From the NCBI GenBank assembly GCA_964016885.1, contig OZ024742.1, positions 144,770,001 through 144,834,000 on the forward strand: a stretch of 64,000 bases of DNA. The letters are read 5' to 3'. This DNA is from Eledone cirrhosa. Taxonomy: Eukaryota. Below are positions 1 to 13,654 of this stretch, piece after piece; position 1 is the first letter of the stretch; every line of letters starts with the position of its first letter. The notes beneath the pieces are model-generated. The model searched no databases and was not told the origin of the DNA. It was given only the letters and a program-made list of their open reading frames with translations. The position numbers and the translations under genes are program-made.

Positions 1-640
1 CTCCTTAGCTCTGACAATGCAACCTTCGTGTTTCGCATCGAAGAAATTGTCAAATTCCATTCTCGCCGCTAGCACGTCAGTTGCAATGCCACTTCTAATC
101 GCCTCGTCTAATTGACCTACCAGTTCCCCCCTCCTTTCTATTTTGCTAATGCTACTTCTTTACTAAACCTATTGAAACTACTCTGATCTCTCTCTTGAAA
201 AGCCGTTGTTTTAAAAATGGAAGCACACTTTGAACAGTCCTAGATATACAAAGAGATGGCATATCCGTGGCTTGAATGGCCACCAGTCTGAAGGTATCAC
301 CTTCACTATTGCTCACATCCAGAACCACCAACTTACCATCCGGGTCCAGGAAGATCATCCGTACCTCGAGATCCCAACCTTTCCTAAAGAGCGTTGTCAC
401 CCCACTTCCCATCCCCGGCCGACTAAGAGGTGCGAAGATCTGATACTCGTTGAAAATGGGGCTAGTGAGCGCCTGACGGAAATCCTGATCTCTCTGACGA
501 CAGTCACATCCATATCTAGTGACCTGAGGTCGTTCAGCAAGCGAGCACGCTTCCAGGACGACACCCAGGCCCGGAAACTTTAAACAATCTACTTTTATAA
601 TCGCCGTGTTGGCTACATAATGAAAAGAGAAAAAATGGGA
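1..640 (-). mobile_element. Degenerate L1/Tx1-like non-LTR retrotransposon fragment (APE endonuclease region of ORF2), internally deleted
   Basis: Minus-strand translation SGVTTLFRKGWDLEVRMIFLDPDGKLVVLDV...FRLVAI resembles an APE domain. Clearly homologous to 29295-30815 but lacks ~0.5 kb of that copy. Confidence 0.75.
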
Positions 641-2141
641 GGGAGGCTGCTTGCCCTCCGGGTTCTGATAGAGATCGGGTTCGCTATAATTTCAGTCTTC
701 ACCCCTGTTATCATTACGAAAAGAAAATACGTCTTAAATTCCACAACGACTGTGTGCCAACCTTCGTTTGTATATATATTTGCATGTCCATTACCACATT
801 TTATGAAACACCTTTTCCAACACGTTTGTATGAATACGGCCAAATTCCAAATTATATAAAAGAATTATCGTTGTTATTATTATCGTCGTCGTCGTCCTTA
901 TCATCATCGTTATTTATAAATAGTTATTGGTTTTTCGAAATTCCATGATGTGAATTACAGAGGTGTATGTTGGGAAAAAAAACTCTGTAGAAAAAAAACT
1001 ACTGTAGGAAGTAGACAAATTTCCATTGGGTGGATTTCCATTGCAACACGCTTTCATCAATTGAAGGGTTCTTTGTATGAGAATTACACCATTTAGGCAG
1101 TATTAATTATTTCGCTTTCAGCTGATTAGAAATGGCTAATTCAGGTAGCACTAACATGTAACAGGAAGAAGTTGGGGAGGTGGTAAAAGAAGAGGTGGTG
1201 ACAGACAGACGAGAAAGAATGTTGCCATAGTAGTAATAGTTTTACTATGAAGAATATTATAAGAAACAACAGAAGCTTTGTGCCTTACTACACATTCTAC
1301 ACTGGTAACGTGATGAGTGTTACTCACAATATCAGCTGCGATGGTTGTAAGGGCTGATAGCCACCAGATGCAATTACAAGAATACTAGTTCCAGAAAAAA
1401 CCCACAATAACAAGACCGTGAAAAAGCAGCAGTGAATGCAACAGTAACAAGAACAGCATCAGCAGTAGTTCTTAATAAAAACATCAAAGGCAAGTATAAA
1501 AGTGATTTTAAGAAATCACTTAAGAAAAGAAATTAAGTTTTGCAGGTGCAGCAAACGACAGAGTCAAAATGGATGTTACAAAGAAGTAGAGGAGACAATG
1601 TGAAGAAAAGAAATACATGACAAGATATGAAGACTCTTTCATGGGAAGTATGGAAAACTGCCAGAAAAGCGCACTAACCTATTTCACAAGGATGGCCCTT
1701 TTCTATGGCTCCCTTTGCTATGCCAAACACGAAGGCTACATTGCTCGAACAAAGGCGCGTGTTTTAAACAAAAGAACGCGAGATCTGATAGGAGTACAAT
1801 GTGGTTATCAATTTATCATAGGATTCTTGGTGGATTTAAATTGGTGCATAAGATACGACCCGAAAAATCTGTTTCGCACACGAGAAGAGTTAATACCATG
1901 ATATCGAGCTGTGTTTACTACGAGAACATAAAGCCAGTTAATTGTGTGGAGGTTTGTTTGGATTCTAATATATTCCGGCTATGGTTAGCACAGTTCCTAG
2001 CAATGGTGTTATTGCTATTGTTGTTGTTATTGCTGTCGTCATTGTCGTTAAGTCCCAGATTACACGTCGTTAACTCGAAGAATGCGTTTTTATGCAGGGA
2101 ATGGAACTTAGGTCATATATGAGAGTATTTATTAGTGATGT

Positions 2142-2270
2142 GAAGGCGTGTGGCTGAGTGGTTAGAGAATTGGATTCGCAATCATAAGGTTGTGAGTTCG
2201 ATTCCTGGACCAGGCGATGCGTTATGTCCTTGAGCAAGACACTTTATTTCACATTGCTCCTTCTACCTGG
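2142..2270 (+). mobile_element. tRNA-derived SINE (5' part)
   Basis: A box tggctgagtggtt and B box gagttcgattcc, followed by gtccttgagcaagacacttta. Same family as 24220-24512. Confidence 0.8.
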
Positions 2271-3669
2271 AGTTGCGACCGATAGATAGTATTAGCAATT
2301 GGAAAGACCAACGGAAACATTGTTCCCTCGGTCCGATTTGACGAAAGTCGATCGTCTTCTTATTAGTGATGAATTTTGAAAAGGCTAGCTAAAATGGCGT
2401 ACGAAATACGCAAGTGACAACATAGGTCAGCCAATTCTCGCTCAAATCACACCCTATCAACTTAAAAAAGTAAAAAGAAAAGACATGATTAATAATGTAA
2501 TCCTATATTTACAAATTTTCAAATAAAAGATGGGACGACCATGGCTTCACATCAATGTACGCCATCCTTTAAGACAAGATCTACTCTTATCTCTATCGTT
2601 ATTTTCCAAAAAAATTCGATTAGCTGATGTTATTAGAGATACCTACTTTGCTTGTTGTTATTAGTTCCCAAACATATTTAAAGAGAGTTTTTATCAACTA
2701 ATTACATGGACAATCATAGTTAATCTAAGTTTGCCAACTCACTATATTACATGTATTAAACGCTACCGTTTACAAACAAATAACTAACTTCAGTAAGTTA
2801 TATTCTACTTCCGTACACTGACTGGAATTCTTTTCAAAACTAGTTTACTTTATTTCGAGTAAATCTTTTTATACCTCACTGCAGCATGTCAGGAAACATG
2901 ATATATATCTTCTCTTCTCCCACTTTATGTGAATGTAAATAGGGATATTATTGCAACGATTTTTTTATGCTTTTGACTTTGTTCGTTTTTTTTCTTCTCT
3001 TTCTTTCTATTCTAGACTTTTATTATGCTTTCAGAAAACGTAGCTATTTTATTTCGTTTATTTATTCCATTGTTCGTTTATACAGTTCTATTTTTACTTC
3101 TCTTCTAGGCAAATGAAACTAAAATGAGAACAAAATACTTCAAGAAAATCAAAGAAAGGTTGTTTTAGTTAAAATTTGAACGAAATAGATGCGTTACTTC
3201 TCAACTACCTTACTGCTACATAAGACATCGTAGTCTTAGCAAAATGTTGTCGGAGCAAACAATTTAGAGCACGGACTACGCAAACTTACTTGCATATGTC
3301 TATGTGTCTGGGAGCGTGTATGTATGTTCATATATATGTACGTGTGTAATCTATACACCGACGCAAGCACACACACTCACATATATGCATGTACATCTAT
3401 GTATATACACACACACACACATAATTTGTACATATGCATACATATATGTATATATGTAATGCTGCCTTTATGTTTGCATATCGTGGGCTTATTCTTTAGT
3501 AATACGAAACTACACTCATGTAGCTATACATACATACTTCCATACATACAGACATACAGACATAATACAGAGAGACTGACAGACATATATATGTGTGCAT
3601 GTGTGTGTCTGTGTGCAAGAATATATGTATATATGCCACATATATATAAGTTGACGGAACTAGCATGGG

Positions 3670-3999
<330 letters not shown>

Positions 4000-4480
4000 T
4001 GAACATCAAACGATGACATTTTATCAAAGCTGCATATTTTAAAGTACCCTATACACATGATTCAATAAGCTTCCACGTGGTACTTCCTTTGCATTTCAGT
4101 CTCCACATTTCAACTTTCAACATTCTTTTGATTCACTTCTACATACTGGACATCAATTTGTTTGATACATATCTTCAGAAGAATTACGTTTAAATGTTGT
4201 TAATTAAATTTGGTTATGTAAGTGCATATAGGAGAGTAGGTTTGTCGGCGGGTTGTGTTCAGTATGTAGGTGGTATTTAGTCAGACCAATAAGAACTTCA
4301 TACATTTTCGAAATAGGTGGTGGAGGAGGTGGGAAAACTTGAGAGAGTTTGGTTGACTCCTAGCATAGTTTGTCATATTTAAAAAATCAACAACTACGTA
4401 GTTTTTTCCTTTTTTGCCTGGGAAATCTGATCTTTTAAGTTCTAACCAATACGTTTTTGTTTTATTCTCTTAAAGATAAT

Positions 4481-4697
4481 GGTTTCTGATTTAGACCCAA
4501 GGCCAGTAATTTTGGTAGGAGGAAGAAGTCGTTTAAATCGACGCCAGTGCATTGCTGGTATTTTATTTTATCGATCCCGTAAGGATGAAAGGCAAAGCTC
4601 ACCTCGGCGGGATTTGAACTCAAAACGTAAAGGGCCATAAGTATATGCTGCAAAGTATGTTGTCCGGCGCTCTACCGATACTGCCAATCCACCGCCC
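4481..4697 (-). mobile_element. tRNA-derived CORE-like SINE (octopus-type), full length with target-site duplication
   Basis: Minus strand ggcggtggattggcagtatcgg...gagttcaaatcccgccgagg...tttgcctttcatccttacggg.tcgataaaat. Flanked by ttatt(c/a)tcttaaagataat at 4462-4480 and 4698-4716. Confidence 0.9.
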
Positions 4698-5244
4698 TTA
4701 TTATCTTAAAGATAATGAATATTTTTTCTTTGTTTTCCCCACCGACTTCAAAGTAGGCTTAATTAAGTGTGGATTTTTTTCTTTTGTCTAGAAAATAATA
4801 GTCTCTTAAGTGTCCGCTATAGTTTTATAGTGGGTTTTATAACTCCGAGGTCGTTAATGAGTTTGAACTTTAGTTTCTAGGGATATTCGTGTTTGCAAGA
4901 TATAACATATATAATTTAAGGTTTCAAATAACATACCCGCTATAAATATGTTATCTAAGAGTGTGCTGTGTTTTACTGCTTCTGGTGTGGTTTCAAGTTA
5001 GTTTAGTCGGGTGATAATGGGATAATTAATTTTAATTGCACTAGTGGCAATTTTGGTTTTAATTATCACCTAGTGGAAATAGATATTACACGCATGTATT
5101 GTATTTGTCATGTAAATATTAAGTAATGATAATAACAGATTGGTTAGGTGGCTAGGGAATAAATAGTATTAGTTATGCTGATTGTAATTCTAGTTATAGT
5201 CTAGTAGAAGTGGTTAGATATTACAGTCATGTGTTGGATTTATC

Positions 5245-5700
5245 TTATAAATGCTGAGTAATGATAATAGGTTAGTGAGGAGGTTAGGGAATTGTCAGTA
5301 TTAATTATAATAATAGTGTTCTGATTTGAGTTAGTAACTAGTAGAAATAGTGAGGTATTAAATGCATGTATTATACATAGATGGAGGCATTCCGTCGGTT
5401 ACGACGATGAGTGTTCCAGTTTATCCGATCAACAGAACAGCCTGCTCATGAAATTAACGTGCAAGTGGGTGAGTATTCCACCACTTGCACGTTAATTTCA
5501 CGAGCTGGCTGTTCCGTTCATCGGATAAACTGGAACACACATCGTCGTAACCGACGGAGTGCCTTCCGTTCCATGTATGTATAATATATGAATATAATAC
5601 CTCACTATTCCTTCTAGTTACTAACTCAAATCAGAACGCTATCATCATAATTAATACCGACAATTTCCTAACCTTCTAACTAATCTATTATTAACAATCC
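5245..5700. repeat. Imperfect ~230-bp-arm inverted repeat centred near 5474
   Basis: Inner arms aaattaacgtgcaagtgg / ccacttgcacgttaattt; outer arms gttctgatttgagttagtaactag / ctagttactaactcaaatcagaac. Confidence 0.85.
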
Positions 5701-5778
5701 GCAGTATACATACATACAAACATACATATGTGTGTGCATGCATGTGTGTGTATGTCTCTGTGTGTGTGTGTGTGTGCG

Positions 5779-5929
<151 letters not shown>

Positions 5930-6146
5930 CTGTGTGTGTGTGTGTCCGTATCTATGTTTACTTTTTGTGTTTCTGTCTGTGTCTGTGTTTATGTCCCGAG
6001 ATCGATAAAATAAGTATTAGGTCGATATGATCAACTAAATTTCGTTAAGACAGTGTCCCAACAATGGCCGTAGTTTAATGAATGAAATCAGAAAAAAACA
6101 ATAGTTATATAATATATATATATATAAATAAATAGAAAGAGAGAGA

Positions 6147-6234
<88 letters not shown>

Positions 6235-6239
6235 AATAT

Positions 6240-6284
<45 letters not shown>

Positions 6285-6288
<4 letters not shown>

Positions 6289-6497
6289 AACCAGTAAGAC
6301 CCCGACAGCTGAGCTCAAGCCGTTTCGACGGCTAATTCTGGACTGAATTAGCCGTCGAAACGTCCAGAATTAGCCGTCGAAACGGGTTGAGCTCAGCTGT
6401 CGGGGTCTTACTGGTTCCTATTACCCACTCTACTACCTCAAGTATTGAGTACTTTGGTGCGTTATGGTCCACCTGGTTCCTTACCACATTTCCCTCG

Positions 6498-6500
<3 letters not shown>
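6285..6500 (+). mobile_element. Fold-back PLE-terminus-like element, family A, in (TA)n
   Basis: Short inverted arm, then a long arm with a ~80-nt tail. Other copies at 8290-8386, 9551-9764 and 23725-23932. Confidence 0.75.
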
Positions 6501-6555
<55 letters not shown>

Positions 6556-6561
<6 letters not shown>

Positions 6562-6759
6562 CGTAAAATAAGAAAATTTAAAAGAAATTTTTTTAAAAAT
6601 TAACTTACTTTTTAAAAAAATTTATTTTTAATTTTCTTATTTTACGTCTTTTATATTATTGTTCTGCATCCTCCTGCATTGAACCACCTAGGTACTATGA
6701 CAAAACCTGTGTATTTGCTGGCATTAGCGTACATCTGTGCGCTTATGTTAGTAGATATA

Positions 6760-6766
<7 letters not shown>
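6556..6766 (+). mobile_element. Fold-back element with tail in (TA)n (single copy)
   Basis: aaaagacgtaaaataagaaaatt / aattttcttattttacgtctttt arms, then ~110 nt of unique sequence, then (TA)n. Confidence 0.55.
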
Positions 6767-6831
<65 letters not shown>

Positions 6832-6874
6832 TAAGTCATGTCCCTAGAATTATTAGATAAAATATATACAATTT

Positions 6875-6911
<37 letters not shown>

Positions 6912-7386
6912 CATGCACACATATACAATATACATAATCACATGTATGTATGCGCGCAACCACACATGATATATGATATATGATATATTGAAGATTTTGC
7001 TAGTAAATTTACCTCTTGTTGCCGAATTTTGGTCAGTCCTACTTGTAAGAGGGATATAGAAGATAAGAATCGGAAATGAAAATATTCGCCACCGCATTCA
7101 TCACTCAACAAGACAATCTGATAGAAGATTGAGCCAAAAGAAGTTAGAGTTGCCAAATGATGAGAATGAAATATCATAGATGTAGCTTGCCAGGATTTCG
7201 TCAAAAGACCAAGGATCATTGCTGAGAGAAAGACATTTTGGCAAATACTTTCGGAATTCGACACAAATCTTCAAAACATAGATACAATGTAAAGAGTATT
7301 ATGGTATTTGAATATTTTACACGCTTACTTACATCAACAGCTCAGAACAACGCGTATAGTACACACATATATATACGCATTATTTC

Positions 7387-7435
<49 letters not shown>

Positions 7436-7484
7436 CACACATATATATATGCATACACACACACACAAGTATATATATATGTAT

Positions 7485-7550
<66 letters not shown>

Positions 7551-7557
7551 ATGCATG

Positions 7558-7592
<35 letters not shown>

Positions 7593-7613
7593 GTATATAT
7601 ATATGTGTGTATG

Positions 7614-7648
<35 letters not shown>

Positions 7649-7655
7649 ATGCATG

Positions 7656-7686
<31 letters not shown>

Positions 7687-7703
7687 ATATATATGTGTGT
7701 ATG

Positions 7704-7738
<35 letters not shown>

Positions 7739-8165
7739 ATGTATATATGTGTGTGTATGTATGTATGTATATATGTTCTTACACGAAAATGCATATATAA
7801 ATGTTTGTATGAATATAAGTGCGGATGCTTCAGTTTGAATATGTTTGTATGTACATACGAGCAGCTGTACAAAGATAACTTGTGACTTTAGAAGAGTTGG
7901 TGTGGATATGGAAAGTCGGAATTAAGTGTGTTACAAGAAAATATGGGAAAGAAACTGTCATCGAGAGAATCAAAGCAGACACAGAAACCTTTAAAAAGAG
8001 AGAATAAGAACGAGGATAATTTTGCAGGAAAAAGAGTAATGTGAAAAAGATGTACCTAATTCAGCAAAAGATGTAACCGATATGTGGTGAGCAGCAGAAT
8101 CTACTGTAAAGATACCAGATATAACGATAGGATAGGCACCTTAAAAAATAATCGCATATGCTAAT

Positions 8166-8196
<31 letters not shown>

Positions 8197-8236
8197 TAGA
8201 TATATATAGATATACTATATACATATATATATATAG

Positions 8237-8289
<53 letters not shown>

Positions 8290-8293
<4 letters not shown>

Positions 8294-8386
8294 AACTTGT
8301 TCCTATTACCCACTCTACTACCCTAAGTATTGAGTACTTTGGTGCGTTATGGTCCACCTGGTTCCTTACCACATTTCCTTCGTTAT
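8290..8386 (+). mobile_element. Minimal family A fold-back (tail plus a tiny hairpin)
   Basis: taggaac-tt-gttccta followed by the family A tail; (TA)n on both sides. Confidence 0.7.
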
Positions 8387-8394
8387 ATATATAT

Positions 8395-8451
8395 ATGTTT
8401 CCTCCCGTTGTATTGTAATGCCTACGCAATTTTTATTTTATTTATTTATTT

Positions 8452-8487
<36 letters not shown>

Positions 8488-8522
8488 GCATGTATATATG
8501 TATATATATATATATGTATGTA

Positions 8523-8568
<46 letters not shown>

Positions 8569-8608
8569 TACATACATATATATATATATACATATATACA
8601 TGCATATT

Positions 8609-8671
<63 letters not shown>

Positions 8672-8724
8672 AAATAAATAAAATAAAAATTGCGTAGGCA
8701 TTACAATACAACGGGAGGAAACAT
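8395..8724. repeat. Inverted repeat enclosing mirrored microsatellites
   Basis: atgtttcctcccgttgtattgtaatgcctacgcaattttt is the reverse complement of aaaaattgcgtaggcattacaatacaacgggaggaaacat. Confidence 0.85.
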
Positions 8725-8731
8725 AATAGTA

Positions 8732-8771
8732 CCACTGATGATGTCACAGATGTGTGACGAAAGAACTTTGA
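8732..8771 (+). ncRNA. Minimal type I hammerhead ribozyme-like motif
   Basis: CTGATGA-t-gtcaca(gatg)tgtgac-GAAA-gaac-TT; stem I is weak. Related to 9261-9303. Confidence 0.5.
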
Positions 8772-8835
8772 TAGACTATATATAATATATAAATATATTT
8801 ATATCTGTATTTTTAACCATTGGTCAATCAATAAT

Positions 8836-9019
8836 TATTTCTACGTTTGGCACAAGGCCAGCAATTACCCAGTGCATTACTGGTACTTTATTTTATCGAC
8901 CCCGTAAGGATGAAAGGCAAAGTTAACCTCGGCGGGATTTGAACTCAGATCGTAAAGGGACGTAACTCTGCTGGAAAGCATGGCGTCCGACCCTCTACCA
9001 ATACTGCCAATCCACCGCC
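8836..9019 (-). mobile_element. CORE-like SINE with ~18-bp TSD
   Basis: Same family as 4481-4697; cattggtcaatcaataat on both flanks. Confidence 0.9.
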
Positions 9020-9184
9020 CATTGGTCAATCAATAATAAACATTGATTGCCAGATAAATTAACTATGGAGATATAAGAGAGACAGAACCGAAAACCAACC
9101 CAAACCAAATAGTGAGTGTGTTTTATTATTATTTCTGGCTATATATCACCCTCCCCAATATATATATAACAATATATATAGACA

Positions 9185-9520
9185 CACAACACACACACAG
9201 AAACAAGATGGCGTAGGACAGAACAAAGGAGAGGCACAAAAACAAAGAAAAGAATCCCCAGTCACTGAAGAGGTCACAGAATGTGTGACGAAAGAACTTT
9301 GACAATATATAAACAACCATCTGGTTGTGAAACCAACCAACCAACCGGAAATTTATAAATTCCTAAATTTATAAATTTATTATAATAAATTGAAGTGAAA
9401 GCAACTGGTACGTGTGTTTCTTATTAGCAACATGACCCTCCCAAAGTATAACAATATCGGTTTCAACACACGATTTCAGATAAAGAATCTTGCTAAACAA
9501 ATTCAGAAACGAAATATATA
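9185..9520 (+). mobile_element. PLE-terminus-like element, family F, with hammerhead and tail
   Basis: Homologous to 12121-12395 (minus) and 61393-61543. Those copies break at caaagtataac(aata). Confidence 0.7.
9261..9303 (+). ncRNA. Minimal type I hammerhead ribozyme motif
   Basis: gtca-CTGAAGA-g-gtcaca(gaatg)tgtgac-GAAA-gaac-TT-tgac; stems I and II pair. Paralog at 12293-12335 (minus). Confidence 0.65.
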
Positions 9521-9550
9521 TGTAACAATATATATATATATATATATATA

Positions 9551-9940
<390 letters not shown>

Positions 9941-10454
9941 CATATTCATACATATATACACACACATGATGGCTGCAACGTGATTTCGAGTAATGCCATC
10001 ACTTGACACTTAACCATGAGCATCACAGACGTGGCTTTTAACTCCTAGTAGGGACTTGCCTATGGCCAGCAATCCCTTGCATCGCAAAAAATGTCACATA
10101 TCAAGCGACGCCTGTGCTTGAAGCTATTAGTGAGGAAAGGCCTTGCACGGGGGCCAATCCCACTTTCTGAAGATCGAATGCATTTACCCAAATAGTAAAA
10201 CTGGTCTACATCATTGGATGCAAACGAAATCGGATGTTTTATATCAGAGTAACCTTGTAGAGAGCGGTTTTAATGAAGACGCGGAATCTCTCGCCCCCAC
10301 AACTAATATAGTTTATTTGATGGTCATTGACTCGCATGAGTGCCTCCGCCCTTTAATGGGTTTTGTTTTTCATCCCGCAAGGTGTCCTAAATCACCCTCC
10401 TCACCAAGCAAGCTTGGTCGGATTGCCGGTTTAGTTGCCGACGACCCGACTATT

Positions 10455-10790
10455 CATACATGCAAACATACATACACATACATACATGCATACATACATA
10501 TGCACATACATACATGCATACATACATACATACATACACATACATACATGCATACATACATATGCACATTCATACATGCAAACATACATACACATACATA
10601 CATGCATACATACATATGCACATACATACATGCATACATACATGCATACATACACATACATACATGCATACATACATATGCACATTCATACATGCAAACA
10701 TACATACACATACATACATGCATACATACATATGCACATACATACATGTATGCATACATACATACATACATACATACACAAATACACACA
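10455..10790. repeat. Compound (CATA)n-derived repeat with a ~60-bp higher-order unit
   Basis: attcatacatgcaaacatacatacacatacatacatgcatacatacatatgcac recurs. Confidence 0.85.
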
Positions 10791-10894
10791 TGTGTGTGTG
10801 TGTGCATGTGCGTGTATGTACATATATATGTGTGCATGTATGTATATACGACTGTGAGTGTGTGTATTCTTATATATATATATATGTTAATGCA

Positions 10895-11630
10895 TATAAA
10901 TAAAATAACAGGAGGCTGGACTGGTGTAAATCCTTGAAAGCTTTATTATACTATGATTATTTCAATGACCGGGTTCCATATGAATCCGGTGATATCATCA
11001 GGTATTGGAATATAACAAAGGAATTTGTAAAAAACCATGGGTCCGAAAAATCAGAGACAAAGAAGACGACTGACCAACTAGCTGCTTTCACCTCGGCCAG
11101 TCGCCCTCAAAGAGGTGGCAACTCAATCCACTAATGACCATCTGGTGAGGGGGCGAAGGCTTATAATGCACTACCACCTCTCCGTCAAAGAAAAAGGGGA
11201 AGAAAGGGAGAAAGAAAGAAAGAAGAAAAGAGGAAGAAAGAAGTCAGCGTAAGGGTTACACTACAGTCATGCTCGAAAACGCCGCGAAAAATGCTACTCC
11301 AAAGAATCTATATTTAACAAAGGCATATTATAATGGGTGTCTGTATGGTCTAATGTGTGAACCGAAATCCAATACCTGATATCACCGCATTCATATGGAA
11401 CCCGGTCATTGAAATGATCATAGTATAATAAACCTTTCAAGGATTTACACCAGTCCAGCCTCCTGTTATTTTATTTATAATTAACTCCGTATTCGCAACA
11501 CCAACTACACAAACGAAGACGGGTGAACTGCACTATGTTGAGTACTCTCCATAATATTACACCAAGATTGACCATACGCAATGACCAATTCTACCCAGTG
11601 GTGAACCAAAAAACCTAAAGAAATGTTAAT
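10895..11630 (+). mobile_element. Fold-back element (family I) with hammerhead in the arms
   Basis: 10895-11009 is the inverse of 11368-11480; the right arm continues ~150 nt to (TA)n. Confidence 0.7.
10948..11005 (-). ncRNA. Type I hammerhead ribozyme motif
   Basis: atac-CTGATGA-t-atcaccggattc(atatg)gaacccggtcat-t-GAAA-taatca-TA-gtat. The partner arm has palindromic tgatca in stem III but has lost 3 nt of the core. Confidence 0.7.
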
Positions 11631-11696
11631 ATATATATATAGATATAGATATAACAAAGTAAGAAGTAACTAAATGGTAGTATCAAATACACAGAA

Positions 11697-11740
<44 letters not shown>

Positions 11741-12120
11741 CTTCCTTCTTCCCTTCTGTTACTATTTTTTTCTCTCTTTTTTCCCAATAACTTCCTTGAG
11801 TTATTGACGCCCTGGGGTGAGACATATTGTCTTTAATGCGTTGAAATGTCCAAGACCCCCAGCAGACAACTTTTTATAAGTACACCTTATCCAGCAACTA
11901 CACAGCCCGTTTATTCTTAAATGTATTCATATATATATATATATAATAGAATACAAATATTAATAAAATAGATGTTCTTTTTATTAATATTTATATTCTA
12001 ATATTAATAACTCTGGAAAATAATTTTTTCGTAGAGTGCTTCCAATCTACTGTAAAACTCATTCTTTGATATATTCATTGAATTTTGTTTAACTCTTCAA
12101 TATATATATATATATATATA

Positions 12121-12390
12121 TATTGTTATACTTTGGTAGGGCCATGTTGCCAATACGCACCAGTTGCTTTCACTCCAATTTATTATACATTAAGAAATTT
12201 AAAAAAAAAAAAAATTTAAGATTTTTTTTTTATTTATAAATTTCCGGTTGGTTGGTTGGCTGGTTCCACAACCGGACGGTTGTTCATATATTGTCAAAGT
12301 TCTTTCTTCACACATTCTGTGACCTCTTCAGTAACTGGGGATTCTTTTCTTTGTTTTGTGCCTCTCCTTTGTTCTGTCCTACGCCATCTT

Positions 12391-12395
<5 letters not shown>
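12121..12395 (-). mobile_element. Family F copy between (TA)n tracts, with hammerhead motif at 12293-12335
   Basis: Reverse complement of ~9200-9455. Confidence 0.7.
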
Positions 12396-12457
<62 letters not shown>

Positions 12458-12473
12458 TAAATATATATATATA

Positions 12474-12910
12474 ATTAGAATTTAGCCTCGAACATAGCTG
12501 TTGATAAATATGTATTTGAATTTCGTATTTCTAAAGAAATACGATATGTTTATAAATAAATATTTAGAAAGCCATAGCTATGAAAGCACTGGCAGCTAAC
12601 GCCACCCGTGGACTCCGGCAGAAGCAAGTGGGGTGGGGGGGGGGGGCAATCGTCGATGCATTTCGAACTCAACTGGTACTTGTCAGGACGATCTCTCCCA
12701 TTCTTGCAACTGCTAGACCTCGAAAACGGGCAAAAAATATAGTTTTTTTGTCTATGTAAATGAGGTGATTAATCTCATTTGCATATAAGATGTATAAGTT
12801 GGCTCAACTTATAATAGAATAGAATTAGAATTTAGCTTCGAACATAGCTGCATACAAATATGTATTTGAATTTCATATTTCTAAAGAGAAATACGGTATG
12901 TTTAAAAATT
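12474..12910 (-). mobile_element. ~350-bp monomer with ~85-bp terminal direct repeat and internal hammerhead (retrozyme-like or tandem pLTR)
   Basis: attagaatttagc(c/t)tcgaacatagctg... occurs at 12474 and 12824; flanked by (TA)n. Confidence 0.6.
12649..12692 (-). ncRNA. Minimal type I hammerhead motif with a G8A core mutation
   Basis: atcgtc-CTGACAA-gtac(cagttga)gttc-GAAA-tgca-TC-gacgat; 6-bp stem I and palindromic ATGCAT. Confidence 0.65.
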
Positions 12911-12924
12911 CAAATATATCTCTA

Positions 12925-13030
<106 letters not shown>

Positions 13031-13287
13031 TATACAAATGCATATATATATATTTTCCTTTCCTGTATATTTTAAAATAATACCGAAGATAACAAACACC
13101 CACCAGGAGTTGCTTGAAGAGAAATTGCGAGTGAGAAAATTTAAGCTAATGTATTTATGCATTTACAAATAGAAATATAGTGAGGAGAAGTTTAAGAATA
13201 GAAGAAAAGATGCAAATTTAACACAAAGCATATAACACAAATTAAGATGACAGAAAGTTCTTAAATAATGTAATCTTCATAAAGATT

Positions 13288-13319
13288 AAATGATTTAATC
13301 CAGTCATCTGAATAACTTC

Positions 13320-13369
<50 letters not shown>

Positions 13370-13402
13370 GAACTTATTCAGATGACTGTATTAAATCATT
13401 AT
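13288..13402. repeat. Inverted repeat centred on (TA)n
   Basis: aatgatttaatccagtcatctgaataacttcttttaa / ttaaaagaacttattcagatgactgtattaaatcatt. Confidence 0.85.
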
Positions 13403-13434
13403 ATATATATATATATATATTAATATGTGTGTGT

Positions 13435-13523
<89 letters not shown>

Positions 13524-13622
13524 GAATGTCTACGAGTCTAAGCCCGGAAGACCACTAAGCATAATGGGATGCAGAGTTGGTATATTTAGAAAGAGAATAT
13601 TCAACCGTGAGCTCCTACGGTT

Positions 13623-13654
<32 letters not shown>

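Noticed and set aside
2142-2215. tRNA gene (also 24220 and 53540)
   Set aside because: The A and B boxes run into SINE body sequence, with no clean cloverleaf or terminator.
3109-3158. Short candidate host exon after a polypyrimidine tract (ANETKMRTKYFKKIKE)
   Set aside because: Weak donor site and no recognisable protein; cannot be supported without transcript data.
4720-5240. Decayed PLE coding fragment on the minus strand
   Set aside because: The composition is suggestive, but I could not read an unambiguous motif.
10340-10450. Twister- or HDV-like ribozyme in a GC-rich multi-hairpin segment (minus strand ccaagc...gaggaggg)
   Set aside because: I could form only simple hairpins, not the required pseudoknots. 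Probably a LINE 5' region; needs an Infernal search.
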